Part shown: in pieces, positions 1 to 9,335 of the stretch
Numbering within the stretch: position 1 is the first letter of the stretch
Layout of the letters: every line of letters begins with the position of its first letter
Origin: Patescibacteria group bacterium
Lineage (GTDB): Bacteria; Patescibacteriota; WWE3; UBA101185; UBA10185
NCBI GenBank assembly: GCA_049322215.1
Contig: JBMORU010000001.1
Coordinates: 452,023-516,022 of the forward strand
Direction: 5' to 3'
Length of the DNA: 64,000 bases
The notes under the pieces: model-generated
The model's input: the letters and a program-made list of their open reading frames with translations, nothing else
The model's database searches: none
What the model was told of the DNA's origin: nothing
Translations under genes and position numbers: made by a program

Positions 1-895
1 CTTCTGGTGTAGAAGGGTCTGTTAAAGTGTCTCCTATGTTAGCGTGGGGTATTCCAGTTAAAAGAACTATTTCTCCGGCAACTGCGTGATCTGTTTCTAC
101 ACGTGCAAGACCTTGATTTACATAAATTTTGTCTATTTTAACTGTTTCTTGATTTCCGTTTCTATTTATTAAAGTCAATTCTTGTTTTGCATTAATTTTT
201 CCGCGTTTAATTCGCCCAATTGCATATTTTCCCTTGTGTTCATCCCAGTCTAAAGATGTAACTAACATTTGAAATGGTGCATTTATATCTTTTTCAGGAG
301 CTGGTATTTCGTTTAGTATTGTTTCAAATACGGGTTCTAAATCAGCAGTTTTTGTTGCATCCTGCGGAAGTTCTATCCAAGCTTTTTCATCTCTGCCTAT
401 GGCATAAACTACTTTAAAGTCTAATTGAGCCTCATTTGTGGCTAATTCTAAGAATAAATCGTAAATTTTGTTTAAAGTTGTTTCAATATTTGCATTTGGT
501 TTATCTATTTTGTTTATTACAACTACAACCTGTAAATTTAATTCAAGTGCTTTTCTTAATACAAACTTGGTTTGAGGCATAGGCCCCTCTTGCGCATCTA
601 CCAAAAGCAAAACCCCATCAGCCATGTTTAGGGTTCTTTCTACTTCACCGCCAAAATCAGCATGACCTGGTGTGTCTATAATATTAATTTTTGTGCCCTT
701 GTAGGTTACAGCAGTGTTTTTAGCCAAAATTGTTATGCCTCTTTCTCGTTCTTGATCGTTTGAATCAAGAATAAGCTCTTGAGTCATATACACCTCATTT
801 TGTCTAAATGTTTTGGCTTGTTTTAGTAGTCCGTCTACTAGTGTTGTTTTACCGTGATCTACGTGAGCAATTATTGCAATATTTCTTATGTCCAT
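1..895 (-). CDS. typA: Translational GTPase TypA/BipA, N-terminal part (runs off window)
   Basis: Manual reverse translation: [61 protein letters not shown]; not in ORF track because truncated. Confidence 0.95.
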   Translation of the reverse strand, partial: MDIRNIAIIAHVDHGKTTLVDGLLKQAKTFRQNEVYMTQELILDSNDQERERGITILAKNTAVTYKGTKINIIDTPGHADFGGEVERTLNMADGVLLLVDAQEGPMPQTKFVLRKALELNLQVVVVINKIDKPNANIETTLNKIYDLFLELATNEAQLDFKVVYAIGRDEKAWIELPQDATKTADLEPVFETILNEIPAPEKDINAPFQMLVTSLDWDEHKGKYAIGRIKRGKINAKQELTLINRNGNQETVKIDKIYVNQGLARVETDHAVAGEIVLLTGIPHANIGDTLTDPSTPE

Positions 896-958
896 AAGCT
901 TTTGGATTATACAGACTTGTGGGAATAATACAAATAGTAAAGTGAAATAAAGGAGAAC

Positions 959-977
959 TTCGCCCTAGGGGCGAAGT
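959..977 (-). terminator. Short GC hairpin after the Cys-rich ORF, probable intrinsic terminator
   Basis: ttcgccc-tagg-ggcgaa inverted repeat followed on minus strand by a pyrimidine/T-rich run. Confidence 0.5.
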
Positions 978-1012
978 GCCCCATTATTTTGTATGCAAAT
1001 AAAATTCATTCG

Positions 1013-1378
1013 TTAGCTTCTAAAAAGCTTTTTTAGCATACCCATAAGACCGCCGTTTGATTCATTGGAATTGTCAGCTGAATCACCAGACATACCACCC
1101 ATATCAGCAGGTGTATCTGTAGCTGGGGAGTTCATTTCTGGCTGTGCAGGTGTAGCTGCAGGGGTAGGTTCTGCAGGTGCTTGTGTCATAGGATCCATTG
1201 GTGTTGGGTTATTGTTCATTTCATCCATTTCTGGTTCACCTCCTTCACCGTGATTGCTGCATGCACATCCTCCGCCGCAATGACAACCGTTATTGTCACA
1301 TTCGCAATCTTCTTTTTTGCACTTTTCACAAACTATTTTTTTATTATCTACATTGCCACATCCACATGTGTCGCACAT
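1013..1378 (-). CDS. Small Cys/His-rich putative metal-binding protein
   Basis: Starts MCDTCGCG after SD AGGAGGTGA; further Cys/His clusters; Pro/Ala/Met-rich tail; C-terminal GGLMGMLKKLFRS. Confidence 0.7.
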   Translation of the reverse strand: MCDTCGCGNVDNKKIVCEKCKKEDCECDNNGCHCGGGCACSNHGEGGEPEMDEMNNNPTPMDPMTQAPAEPTPAATPAQPEMNSPATDTPADMGGMSGDSADNSNESNGGLMGMLKKLFRS

Positions 1379-1493
1379 TCGCAATCACCTCCTAGTTAAA
1401 TAAAACCAAATACTTTTATACATTCTACATATTTATTCATTTAATGGGAACTCTAGTTTGTTAAAATCGTATAAATTAGCTAAAATCATAGTC

Positions 1494-2093
1494 ATGGAAA
1501 GTACACAACATGAACAACAAAGAGTAGCAGTTTTCGTAGATGTCCAAAATCTATACTACTCGGCCAAGAATTTATTTCAGGCAAAAGTAGATTTTGGAAA
1601 CGTTTTGACCGAATCCGTAGGTCATAGAAGGTTAATTAGAGCATTTGCATATGTAATAAAAGCAGATGTAGGTGCTGAAAAAGAATTTTTTGAGGCTTTA
1701 TACCAAAGAGGCTTTGAAGTGCGTGAAAAAGAACTTCAAATTTTTTATGGTGGAGCTAAAAAAGGTGATTGGGATGTAGGTATTTGCATGGACATTGTAC
1801 GAATGCTTCCAAAAATAGATACCATGATATTAGTTTCGGGGGATGGAGACTACACTGATGTACTTGATTACTCTCGTAGTCAGGGTGTGCGTACAGAAGT
1901 AGTTGCCTTTGCAAAAACTGCTTCTTCACGATTAATAGAAGAAGCTGAGCACTTTTTAGATATGTCTCAAGAACCCGGTAAATTTTTAATCAAAAAATCC
2001 GGTTTTCTAAAAAGGTCTCGTCGCGTAGCCACTACCAAGTCCGATAGTGACAGTGCACCATCTAGCGAAAAAGATGACTCACAAGACTACTAA
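1494..2093 (+). CDS. NYN domain (LabA/DUF88, PIN-like) protein
   Basis: VAVFVDVQNLYY, KKGDWDVGI, LVSGDGDY motifs; ATG 1494 follows a TAAAAT -10-like hexamer. Confidence 0.9.
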   Translation: MESTQHEQQRVAVFVDVQNLYYSAKNLFQAKVDFGNVLTESVGHRRLIRAFAYVIKADVGAEKEFFEALYQRGFEVREKELQIFYGGAKKGDWDVGICMDIVRMLPKIDTMILVSGDGDYTDVLDYSRSQGVRTEVVAFAKTASSRLIEEAEHFLDMSQEPGKFLIKKSGFLKRSRRVATTKSDSDSAPSSEKDDSQDY

Positions 2094-3849
2094 AAAGGCT
2101 AAAAATATTAGAGTAAAGTTAGTCACTTTATTTAATTCTTCAGCATTACAAATGTTGTTGTGGGTTTTTAGTGGGTTGGTTTTGTCTGTTTCTATTTATC
2201 ATGCCTACTATGCTAACAAAATTGTTCCTGGTGTTTACGTTGCAGGCGTTAACGTTGGTAAAATGTCTTACGATCAAGCAATTGGTGCTTTGCAACAAGC
2301 TGAAGAAAATGAATACACTACTGTTTCTTTAGCATATAAAGATAGAGCATTCGAAATTCCATCATCTACAATTAACTTACACTATAACTGGGACGCTTCT
2401 GTAAAACGTGCTTACGAAGTTGGGCGCACAGGAAATATTTACACAGATACAAAGGATAAAATCGCAGGTTTAGTAAAACCATTAAATATTCAAGCATTTT
2501 ATTCTTTCGATGAAGAAACACTAAGTTCTATTTTGTCTAAAATTAGTGGAGAACTAAACCAGGAACCTTCAAACGCCTCATTTGTTTTAAACGAAAATGG
2601 TTTAGAAATCACACCCTCTAAAGACGGCTTGTTAGTAGAAGTAAGCGATTTATATAACAAAGTTGTATATTCGTTTTCAGCTATGGACTTTAAAATTCAA
2701 CAAATCGGTGTAGACCAAGCAAAAGCTGATATTGCTGAAAGTGATTTAGAAAAAATGCGAGAATCAGTAGAAGCTCTAGTATTAGAACCCTTTACCATTA
2801 CCTATGAAGATAAAAAATGGACAATAGATTCTAAAGAAATGTTGAATTTTATTTTGATCAGACGTGAGTCAGGAATTTTGACCTTAACCTTAGATAACGA
2901 TCGCTTTGAAGCATATTTAGATATTTTAGCTCAAGAAATCAACCAACTTCCCAGAGGTCATGTAACAAAAACCGAAGGAGATCGTGTACTAGCTTTCGAG
3001 CTAACTCAAGAAGGTAAAGAGTTAGACGTAAAGCAATTTACCAACGATTTCAAACAAGCCTTGTTTGATGGTAAAAAAACAGTACAGGCAACTGTTAATG
3101 TAGTTTCAGGTCCAAGTGATCCTACAAAATATGGAATCTTAGCCTTACTAGGAGAAGGGCATTCAAAGTTTACAGGTTCTGCAGCAGCCCGTGTTAAAAA
3201 TTTAACTTTGGCCGCAGAAAGAACAAATGGTGTGTTGGTTCCCCCAGGAGGTGTTTATTCATTCAATAATTCTGTGGGTGAAATTAGTGGTGCAAATGGA
3301 TACGACTCAGCTTATATAATTTCTAACGGAAGAACCATTTTGGGAGAAGGTGGTGGTGTTTGTCAAACATCTACCACATTGTACAGAGCAGTTTTAAATT
3401 CCGGCTTACCTATTGTAACAAGATACCCTCACGCGTACCGTGTTTATTACTATGAAATAGATGCTCCTGTGGGCTTTGACGCGTCTATTTACCAGCCTTC
3501 TTTAGATTTTCAGTTTAAAAACGATACGCCTAACTTTATTTTAGTTCAGTCCACGTGGAACACTTCTACTCAGGAACTGGAATTTAAAATTTATGGTACC
3601 CCTGACGGGCGTGAAGTAGAAGTAAGTGAACCAGTTGTTACAAACGTAAAAGCACCTCCTGCGCCTTTGTATCAAGATGATCCTTCTTTGCCCAAAGGTG
3701 TAACTAAACAAGTAGATTTTTCAGCTTGGGGGGCAACGGTTGAATATACACGTACGGTAAAACGTGGTGGAGAAGTAATAAACCAAGAAGTGTATAAAAG
3801 CACTTATCAGCCATGGAGAGCAATTTATTTAGTGGGTACTAAAACCTAG
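2074..3849 (+). CDS. VanW-family membrane-anchored protein with PG-binding repeats and C-terminal G5-like segment
   Basis: N-terminal TM helix; GVYVAGVNVG; GGGVCQTSTTLYRA and DFQFKNDT VanW motifs; start uncertain (2047 or 2074). Confidence 0.88.
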   Translation: MTHKTTKKAKNIRVKLVTLFNSSALQMLLWVFSGLVLSVSIYHAYYANKIVPGVYVAGVNVGKMSYDQAIGALQQAEENEYTTVSLAYKDRAFEIPSSTINLHYNWDASVKRAYEVGRTGNIYTDTKDKIAGLVKPLNIQAFYSFDEETLSSILSKISGELNQEPSNASFVLNENGLEITPSKDGLLVEVSDLYNKVVYSFSAMDFKIQQIGVDQAKADIAESDLEKMRESVEALVLEPFTITYEDKKWTIDSKEMLNFILIRRESGILTLTLDNDRFEAYLDILAQEINQLPRGHVTKTEGDRVLAFELTQEGKELDVKQFTNDFKQALFDGKKTVQATVNVVSGPSDPTKYGILALLGEGHSKFTGSAAARVKNLTLAAERTNGVLVPPGGVYSFNNSVGEISGANGYDSAYIISNGRTILGEGGGVCQTSTTLYRAVLNSGLPIVTRYPHAYRVYYYEIDAPVGFDASIYQPSLDFQFKNDTPNFILVQSTWNTSTQELEFKIYGTPDGREVEVSEPVVTNVKAPPAPLYQDDPSLPKGVTKQVDFSAWGATVEYTRTVKRGGEVINQEVYKSTYQPWRAIYLVGTKT

Positions 3850-4277
3850 CTTATATCTATAATTACAACTGTTGTTTCGAGCTTTTCCTGCTTATACGAT
3901 GTAATAGTTACACGTTCGTTGCTTTCTTTAGTTTTATATTTGGTGGAAAAAAATACTCCCGCTTCTCCTTGAGATTCAACTTCCCAATTTCTTGAGCCAA
4001 ATACGTTTTTGTAAAATTCTTGTATTTGTTCAGGTGAAATATTTTTGACGCTTAATGTAATTTGATAACCGCTGGCAGCATGTCCGCTGCTTATTTCTAC
4101 AGCATCGTCAGGATAGGGAATTCCTAAGTTATTTAGTGTGCTTTTGCCTTTAACTTGTGTTTGGTCTGTAGCTACACCTACAGGTTTAAAATTTATGAAG
4201 TTTAAATAGGCCACAGTAGCGAATACCGCAATTCCTAACATAACAGCCGCCTGAGCCTGTGTTATTTTAGTATTCAT
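3846..4277 (-). CDS. Hypothetical membrane-anchored/secreted protein
   Basis: N-terminal hydrophobic helix, 143-aa ORF. Confidence 0.7.
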   Translation of the reverse strand: MNTKITQAQAAVMLGIAVFATVAYLNFINFKPVGVATDQTQVKGKSTLNNLGIPYPDDAVEISSGHAASGYQITLSVKNISPEQIQEFYKNVFGSRNWEVESQGEAGVFFSTKYKTKESNERVTITSYKQEKLETTVVIIDIS

Positions 4278-4291
4278 GGTAAGAGTATATT

Positions 4292-7200
4292 TTAATTTGG
4301 ATATTTAATCCAGGATACTCCCAAACTTTCAGCTACATCTGCTTCATATAAGTCGGCTTCTAAAGAGCCTCTATAAGCTGCTTTACATCTATCTTGTGTA
4401 CAATTTCCAATAGGGAAATGATTTGCTTTTACTGGAACGCAATCTAACCCTGTTTGTGTACATCCTTCTACAATATCGCCGTATCTATTTGTATAGCCGT
4501 TAAATGTAAAGAAACCGTTTTTTTGGCCATCTTCGTCGTATTGTGACCCATCCATATCTTGGTATATTTTTACCCAAATTCTAAATAATGCTGCTGCACT
4601 ATTATTGTTGTCGCAAGTTATTAAATTAGTTTCAGGGTCTACACACCAAAAATGGGGATTTTGCTCGGTTGAAGGTAATAATGCCTGTGTTGGGTCTGTT
4701 TCACCTATACTTTCACCTTGATCAAAGTGAATACCAAAACCAACCATTAATCTTTTTACCCCTGTTGGATCAGAACTTAGCAGGTTATACTCATTTCCTT
4801 CTGTTTGCCATGAGTCTAAGCTGTTTTTACCAATCGGATGAATTCTGTAAGGTGCTAGTTCTGCGGGAGAGTTTGCGAATTCAGGAGGATCCCCAGGCAA
4901 GGGTGCATAGGTGCCTCTATTTGGAAAGTTTAAACGCCCAAAATCAACCCAACCTCCGCCACTGTATGTGCCACAGTTATCAGTTACTACGCCTTGAGAG
5001 GCAGGATCTACGTTATCGCTGTCACAAGCTCTAATTTGTGCATAGGTACTATGAAATCTTGTAAAAGCGCCTAATTGGCCACCAATCTGGTGATAGTGAA
5101 CTCTTGCATCTGTAATTGTGTTTGAACCAAGTAGTAACGATCCCGTAGAGGCATCTCTATCCTTTACGTATAGCCAGTGATTTCCTTCATGTTTAGCAGA
5201 GTTTTCGGTTGTAGTACCAGGAATATAGGATTCAAAGTTTGCGCCTGCTCCCGCAAATGTCTGCCAAGGGTAAGAAATATCTACAGGTTTGCCAACATCA
5301 CTGCCAAACCAGTTGTACACTTCGGTACCAAACACATCGTCCATATCATGAGGATCTTGCTTATGTTCATGATCCCAATGGCATCCTTCTGCAGGATTCC
5401 AAATACCATGCCATTTTCTTGAGTCGTGCTCTATACCTAATTCTTCGCATGAGGGTGCTTCTGCATACGGCGGTGTACCGTTTCCTATTCCTGGAGGGGG
5501 TGGTGCTGTGTCCCCACCATCACCCTCATCGTCTACAGGTGGGGGTGGCGTTGTATCATCGCAAGGTTGTGGGTTTCTTGGGCGCCTTCCAAGAACTCTA
5601 TCTACAAGATTTTGTACTCCTCTAACTGTTCTTCTAACAATGTTATCATCTTCGTAATCTCTACATTCTCGTGGATCCCCATCATCATTATCAGATTCCG
5701 TAACATTTATTGTTGTCTGATCTGTGGCTGTTTCACCAGTAGAATCAGCTATGGTTAAAGACAGTGTATAGGTTCCCGGTGTTTCATATGTATGATTAAT
5801 GTTTACTGCTTGCCCTGTTGTACCGTCGCCAAAATCCCAATTATACGAAACAATATTTCCGTTTGGCGAACTTGATGACGATGCAGATGCGGTTATATCT
5901 AATGGGGCACTTCCGGAAGTTGGAGCTACACTTATTACAGCCTGAATTTCGTTTTCTACAGGAGGTGGTGGGGGTGGAGGTGTTGTTCCTCCACCGTTGT
6001 TATTAAAACAGCTCCAGTGAAACTGTCCTAACCTTTCGCCAATAGTAAGGCCGGGTGCTTCAGAATCAGCTACCCCTAAAAGTCCATTTAAATTATGACC
6101 TACACCTGCGCCTAAACTTAGCTCCCGGCTTGCTTCAGGAACTCCTGCAACAGCTAAATAGTCATTTAAAGTGTTAATGGTTTCTTCACTGCCTAATCCT
6201 TCTACAGACCCCGCTGACATTTTAAATATCATACTTTGTGCAATGTCAGCGCTATCGGAGTTAATGTACTCTTGTATTTCTGGCCAATTGCTTGTAAAAG
6301 CGGGGGACAACGGTGCTATAGAACAAAATAAATCATTGTGTTTCAAACCTAAACGCATTGTACCTTGACCACCCATAGAAAATCCTTGCAAACCTCTTCC
6401 AAATCTATTTGCTACAGTTCTGTAAGTACTGTCAATATGAGGTATTAGTTCGTTAATTAGCATTGATTCCGGACACTCCTTTGTAGTCGCACAGTCACCT
6501 GGCGAGTCAACATACCCTAACCCTTTACCACCATTTGGAAATACCAAAATGGTTGGTGGAATTACGCCTCTTTCAACTAGGTTAATAAGGTTAGATGCAT
6601 TATTTTCAGTGGTACTTAAATAGTTACACTCTTGTCCGTTTACACCATGTAAAAAGTAAATAACAGGATACTTAGTAGTATTGCTTGGATTATCATACCC
6701 TTCGGGTTTGTAAATTGTGTAGCCAACCCAAGTATCCATTATGTTGCTGTAAAAGCTTTGTTTTTCTACTCTTGGTTCTGTTGGATTACACCACTGGGTG
6801 TTCCAAAAGCCGAATGTTTCATCAGAAGGTGGTGGAGGTGTTGTTCCTCCTCCTGAAGAACCCCCTACAAACCACATTTTTGTAGTTTCATCATTTTTAA
6901 AGAAATTTAACAGTTGCTGGCCTACATTGGTTCTACCACTAGCAGAAGGGTGTATACAATCTTGAGCTAAGTCCTGTTGAGTCCAGGAAGTACCATCTTG
7001 CCTTGGACTTTCATTAACCCAAAAATATGGACCCCATGATAACCACGGCGCCTTAACTACTCCAACATTTGGGTCGTAATTTAAGGTGGGATCTCCTTCT
7101 ATTTGACTTTGAATTAGCCACTTAACGCTGAATCCGGTTTCAAAAGCGGTTGGTTCTGGGCTTAAACCCTCCCAATATCGGTACGATCTTGTTCTACTTG

Positions 7201-8017
7201 ATATAAAAGCTTGCTTAATATTTGGGTACTTAGTTTTTAAATTTTGAACAATAAGCTCTAAATCTTCTTCTAGTGCTAAAGCTTTAGTAGGGAAGTTACC
7301 CGAACCCGATTGTGCTTGTTTTACCCAGGCAATTTGAACTTGCTCTGGGGTTATACCCGCACTAGCTAAACGTGCATCTAGTTCGTTCCATGTGGGTGCT
7401 GTTGGGTTTGTCCAAGCTACCGACGTTTGGCCACCTTGCGCGCCATTAACAATTACAAGGTTTTGGTTTAATGTAGAATCTTCTAAAGCCAAACGTGCAA
7501 ACTCTGTAAATTCTGAAGAGGTATTAGACATTCCTACGGAAATTAGCCCTATTTTCCCACTTGCGCTTGGGTTTCCATTAGCATCAAGTGGTACAACTGA
7601 GTTTCCTAGCTCTACACCTTTTGAATTATGTGCTGTAGGTCTAGTGTTTTGCCCATTTTTGTACAAACCACCTCCAATTTCAAATGAAGTTCCTGGCACG
7701 ATAGTAAAAGATTGTCCGTCCATACGTAGGTAGGGTCCTGTTAACTCATTAAGTGGCAAGCTTACATGTTGAAAAATTCCTTCACAAGTTGAAGGTGCCG
7801 TTGCTTGTAGTACGGCTTCACCGGAACTTGCCATACTAATTTGATTGGTACTATTAATACTTTTTGTTTGGTAAGTAATCCAGACACCAAAAATCCCAAG
7901 TATAAATAGCAGAGAAAATGAGAAAAGTGCTGTGTACTTGGTTTTAGACTTACTTTTGGGGGTTTGGAAAATTTCTGTTATTAGCTCATCTTGATTTTCT
8001 AATAGCTGTTCCGACAT
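4292..8017 (-). CDS. Large multidomain surface protein: SGNH-like domain, alpha/beta esterase, PKD domain, unknown C-terminal domain
   Basis: N-terminal TM; ISVGMSN...DCIHPS (SGNH-like); YPVIYFLHG and GFSMGG (esterase); SYNWDFGDG...HTYETPGTYTLSLT (PKD); poly-Pro linkers. Confidence 0.8.
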   Translation of the reverse strand: MSEQLLENQDELITEIFQTPKSKSKTKYTALFSFSLLFILGIFGVWITYQTKSINSTNQISMASSGEAVLQATAPSTCEGIFQHVSLPLNELTGPYLRMDGQSFTIVPGTSFEIGGGLYKNGQNTRPTAHNSKGVELGNSVVPLDANGNPSASGKIGLISVGMSNTSSEFTEFARLALEDSTLNQNLVIVNGAQGGQTSVAWTNPTAPTWNELDARLASAGITPEQVQIAWVKQAQSGSGNFPTKALALEEDLELIVQNLKTKYPNIKQAFISSRTRSYRYWEGLSPEPTAFETGFSVKWLIQSQIEGDPTLNYDPNVGVVKAPWLSWGPYFWVNESPRQDGTSWTQQDLAQDCIHPSASGRTNVGQQLLNFFKNDETTKMWFVGGSSGGGTTPPPPSDETFGFWNTQWCNPTEPRVEKQSFYSNIMDTWVGYTIYKPEGYDNPSNTTKYPVIYFLHGVNGQECNYLSTTENNASNLINLVERGVIPPTILVFPNGGKGLGYVDSPGDCATTKECPESMLINELIPHIDSTYRTVANRFGRGLQGFSMGGQGTMRLGLKHNDLFCSIAPLSPAFTSNWPEIQEYINSDSADIAQSMIFKMSAGSVEGLGSEETINTLNDYLAVAGVPEASRELSLGAGVGHNLNGLLGVADSEAPGLTIGERLGQFHWSCFNNNGGGTTPPPPPPPVENEIQAVISVAPTSGSAPLDITASASSSSSPNGNIVSYNWDFGDGTTGQAVNINHTYETPGTYTLSLTIADSTGETATDQTTINVTESDNDDGDPRECRDYEDDNIVRRTVRGVQNLVDRVLGRRPRNPQPCDDTTPPPPVDDEGDGGDTAPPPPGIGNGTPPYAEAPSCEELGIEHDSRKWHGIWNPAEGCHWDHEHKQDPHDMDDVFGTEVYNWFGSDVGKPVDISYPWQTFAGAGANFESYIPGTTTENSAKHEGNHWLYVKDRDASTGSLLLGSNTITDARVHYHQIGGQLGAFTRFHSTYAQIRACDSDNVDPASQGVVTDNCGTYSGGGWVDFGRLNFPNRGTYAPLPGDPPEFANSPAELAPYRIHPIGKNSLDSWQTEGNEYNLLSSDPTGVKRLMVGFGIHFDQGESIGETDPTQALLPSTEQNPHFWCVDPETNLITCDNNNSAAALFRIWVKIYQDMDGSQYDEDGQKNGFFTFNGYTNRYGDIVEGCTQTGLDCVPVKANHFPIGNCTQDRCKAAYRGSLEADLYEADVAESLGVSWIKYPN

Positions 8018-8130
8018 ATAATAGTATAGCTATATGATACAAAACATTGCAACCCATCAATATGGGTTTTTGAGTGTGTTTCTCTATAATATTGAAAAAT
8101 TGGTAGGCATCTAGGATAATAGCGGGGTCT

Positions 8131-8205
8131 GGCCCCATCGTCTAACGGTTAGGACGGCAGGTTCTCAGTCTGCAAATCGGGGTTCGATTCCCCGTGGGGT
8201 CACCA
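8131..8205 (+). tRNA. tRNA-Glu (anticodon CTC)
   Basis: Cloverleaf: GGCCCCA acceptor, anticodon arm GCAGG-TTCTCAG-TCTGC, GGTTCGATTCCCC T arm, encoded CCA end. Confidence 0.97.
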
Positions 8206-8444
8206 TAAGAGACACCTTGCGTGTCAAAGGCAAAAATAGCTTGATACATTGGGTTTATTTGATGGTTCAATGTACCATCATTGTTGTAAGTAAGACCTGA
8301 AGGGAAGATTGAACCAAGTAAGGCTTTTATCTGAGGAACTGTTGATCTCCTGTGTGTTTTCCCTAAATCATTTAACGTATATTTTATAAAATCTGATAAT
8401 TTATTTATGTCGTATTTTCCCAAGTTAGAATCAGATTTTTCCAC
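8206..8444 (-). pseudogene. Probable C-terminal remnant of a site-specific recombinase reading into the tRNA 3' end
   Basis: IKALLGSIFPSGLTYN resembles tails of tRNA-adjacent large serine recombinases as I recall them; frame continues through the antisense tRNA; no catalytic N-terminus. Confidence 0.5.
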
Positions 8445-8522
8445 ATGTGCTTTAGACTTGCACGACAGAAGAGTTGAAAACAGATTAGAGGAATTTAGAA
8501 GGCCTGGAAACCTTCATTCTGA

Positions 8523-8699
8523 ATTTCAAAGGTATTTTTCAGAGAAGATCTAGCACAAATAAAAACAAACCATGATGGATTCGGTTTAGGATTATCGATA
8601 GCACAGGATATTGTAAAAGTACACAAAGGTTCGATTAGTGTAAACAGTACTAAAAACGAAGGTTCTATGTTCACAGTAAAACTCCCCCTTAACTCTTAA
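8523..8699 (+). pseudogene. Histidine kinase HATPase_c C-terminal fragment
   Basis: Manual translation FFREDLAQIKTNHDGFGLGLSIAQDIVKVHKGSISVNSTKNEGSMFTVKLP; in-frame TGA at 8520, rest of gene absent. Confidence 0.88.
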
Positions 8700-8727
8700 G
8701 CGCTATCTCAGAATAATCCCCTAAAGT
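8696..8727 (+). promoter_or_regulatory. Direct-repeat regulator box plus -10 (copy 1)
   Basis: TTAAG-N6-CTCAG-N10-TAAAGT. Confidence 0.7.
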
Positions 8728-8769
8728 AACTATAGCTTAAATATTTAACCACTAAGGGGGTGATAAGTA

Positions 8770-9240
8770 ATGAACAAGAAAATGATAATTCCAAGTCTAG
8801 TACTCGCCGCACTTGTTGGAGTCGGAAGCCATACAGTCGGCACTGTATACGCTCAGGAAAGTGATTCTATACCCACAAGGGTACAGGAAATAGCAGATAG
8901 ATTCAACCTAAATGTGAATGAAGTTTCAGATTTTTTCAAGGAAAAAAGAAAAGCTCGTATGGTTGAAAGACAAGCAGCACGTGAAGAAGCTCTTAATACT
9001 GCTGTCTCTGAAGGAAAGATAACAGAAGAACAAAAAAATACTCTTCTAGCAAGGATGGAAGAAAACAGGCCAGATAGAGAAGCCATGCAAAATCTCTCAA
9101 TGGAAGAAAGGCAGGCACAGAGAGAAGAGCACAAGGCAGGGATGGAAGCTTGGGCGGAAGAAAATGGAATCGATCTTTCAAACCTTAACCTAGGCAGAAA
9201 AGGTTTTGGAGGTGGTAGAAGATTTAATAAGGGAATATAA
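8770..9240 (+). CDS. Secreted helical hypothetical protein
   Basis: Signal peptide ending VYA; charged helical body; Gly-rich tail. Confidence 0.8.
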   Translation: MNKKMIIPSLVLAALVGVGSHTVGTVYAQESDSIPTRVQEIADRFNLNVNEVSDFFKEKRKARMVERQAAREEALNTAVSEGKITEEQKNTLLARMEENRPDREAMQNLSMEERQAQREEHKAGMEAWAEENGIDLSNLNLGRKGFGGGRRFNKGI

Positions 9241-9267
9241 GAAAGATATATAATCTGCTTGCACAAG

Positions 9268-9293
9268 AACCCCCTTAGCTTAGGGGGGTTTTT
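9268..9293 (+). terminator. Intrinsic terminator
   Basis: aaccccctt-agc-ttaggggggtt hairpin followed by T run. Confidence 0.75.
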
Positions 9294-9296
9294 GTT

Positions 9297-9328
9297 TTCA
9301 GTTATTTCTCAGAATACTTTTATACAAT
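9297..9328 (+). promoter_or_regulatory. Direct-repeat regulator box plus -10 (copy 2), leaderless start
   Basis: TTCAG-N6-CTCAG-N10-TACAAT, 7 nt before ATG 9336. Confidence 0.75.
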
Positions 9329-9335
9329 ACATGCC

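Noticed and set aside
2074-3849. VanW and uppP (34180) as an antibiotic resistance cluster
   Set aside because: Both are common envelope housekeeping families; no vanHAX-type genes, and the two are far apart
8142-8205. C-terminal peptide GDPTGNRTPICRLRTCRPNR of ORF 8142-8444
   Set aside because: This is simply the antisense reading of tRNA-Glu
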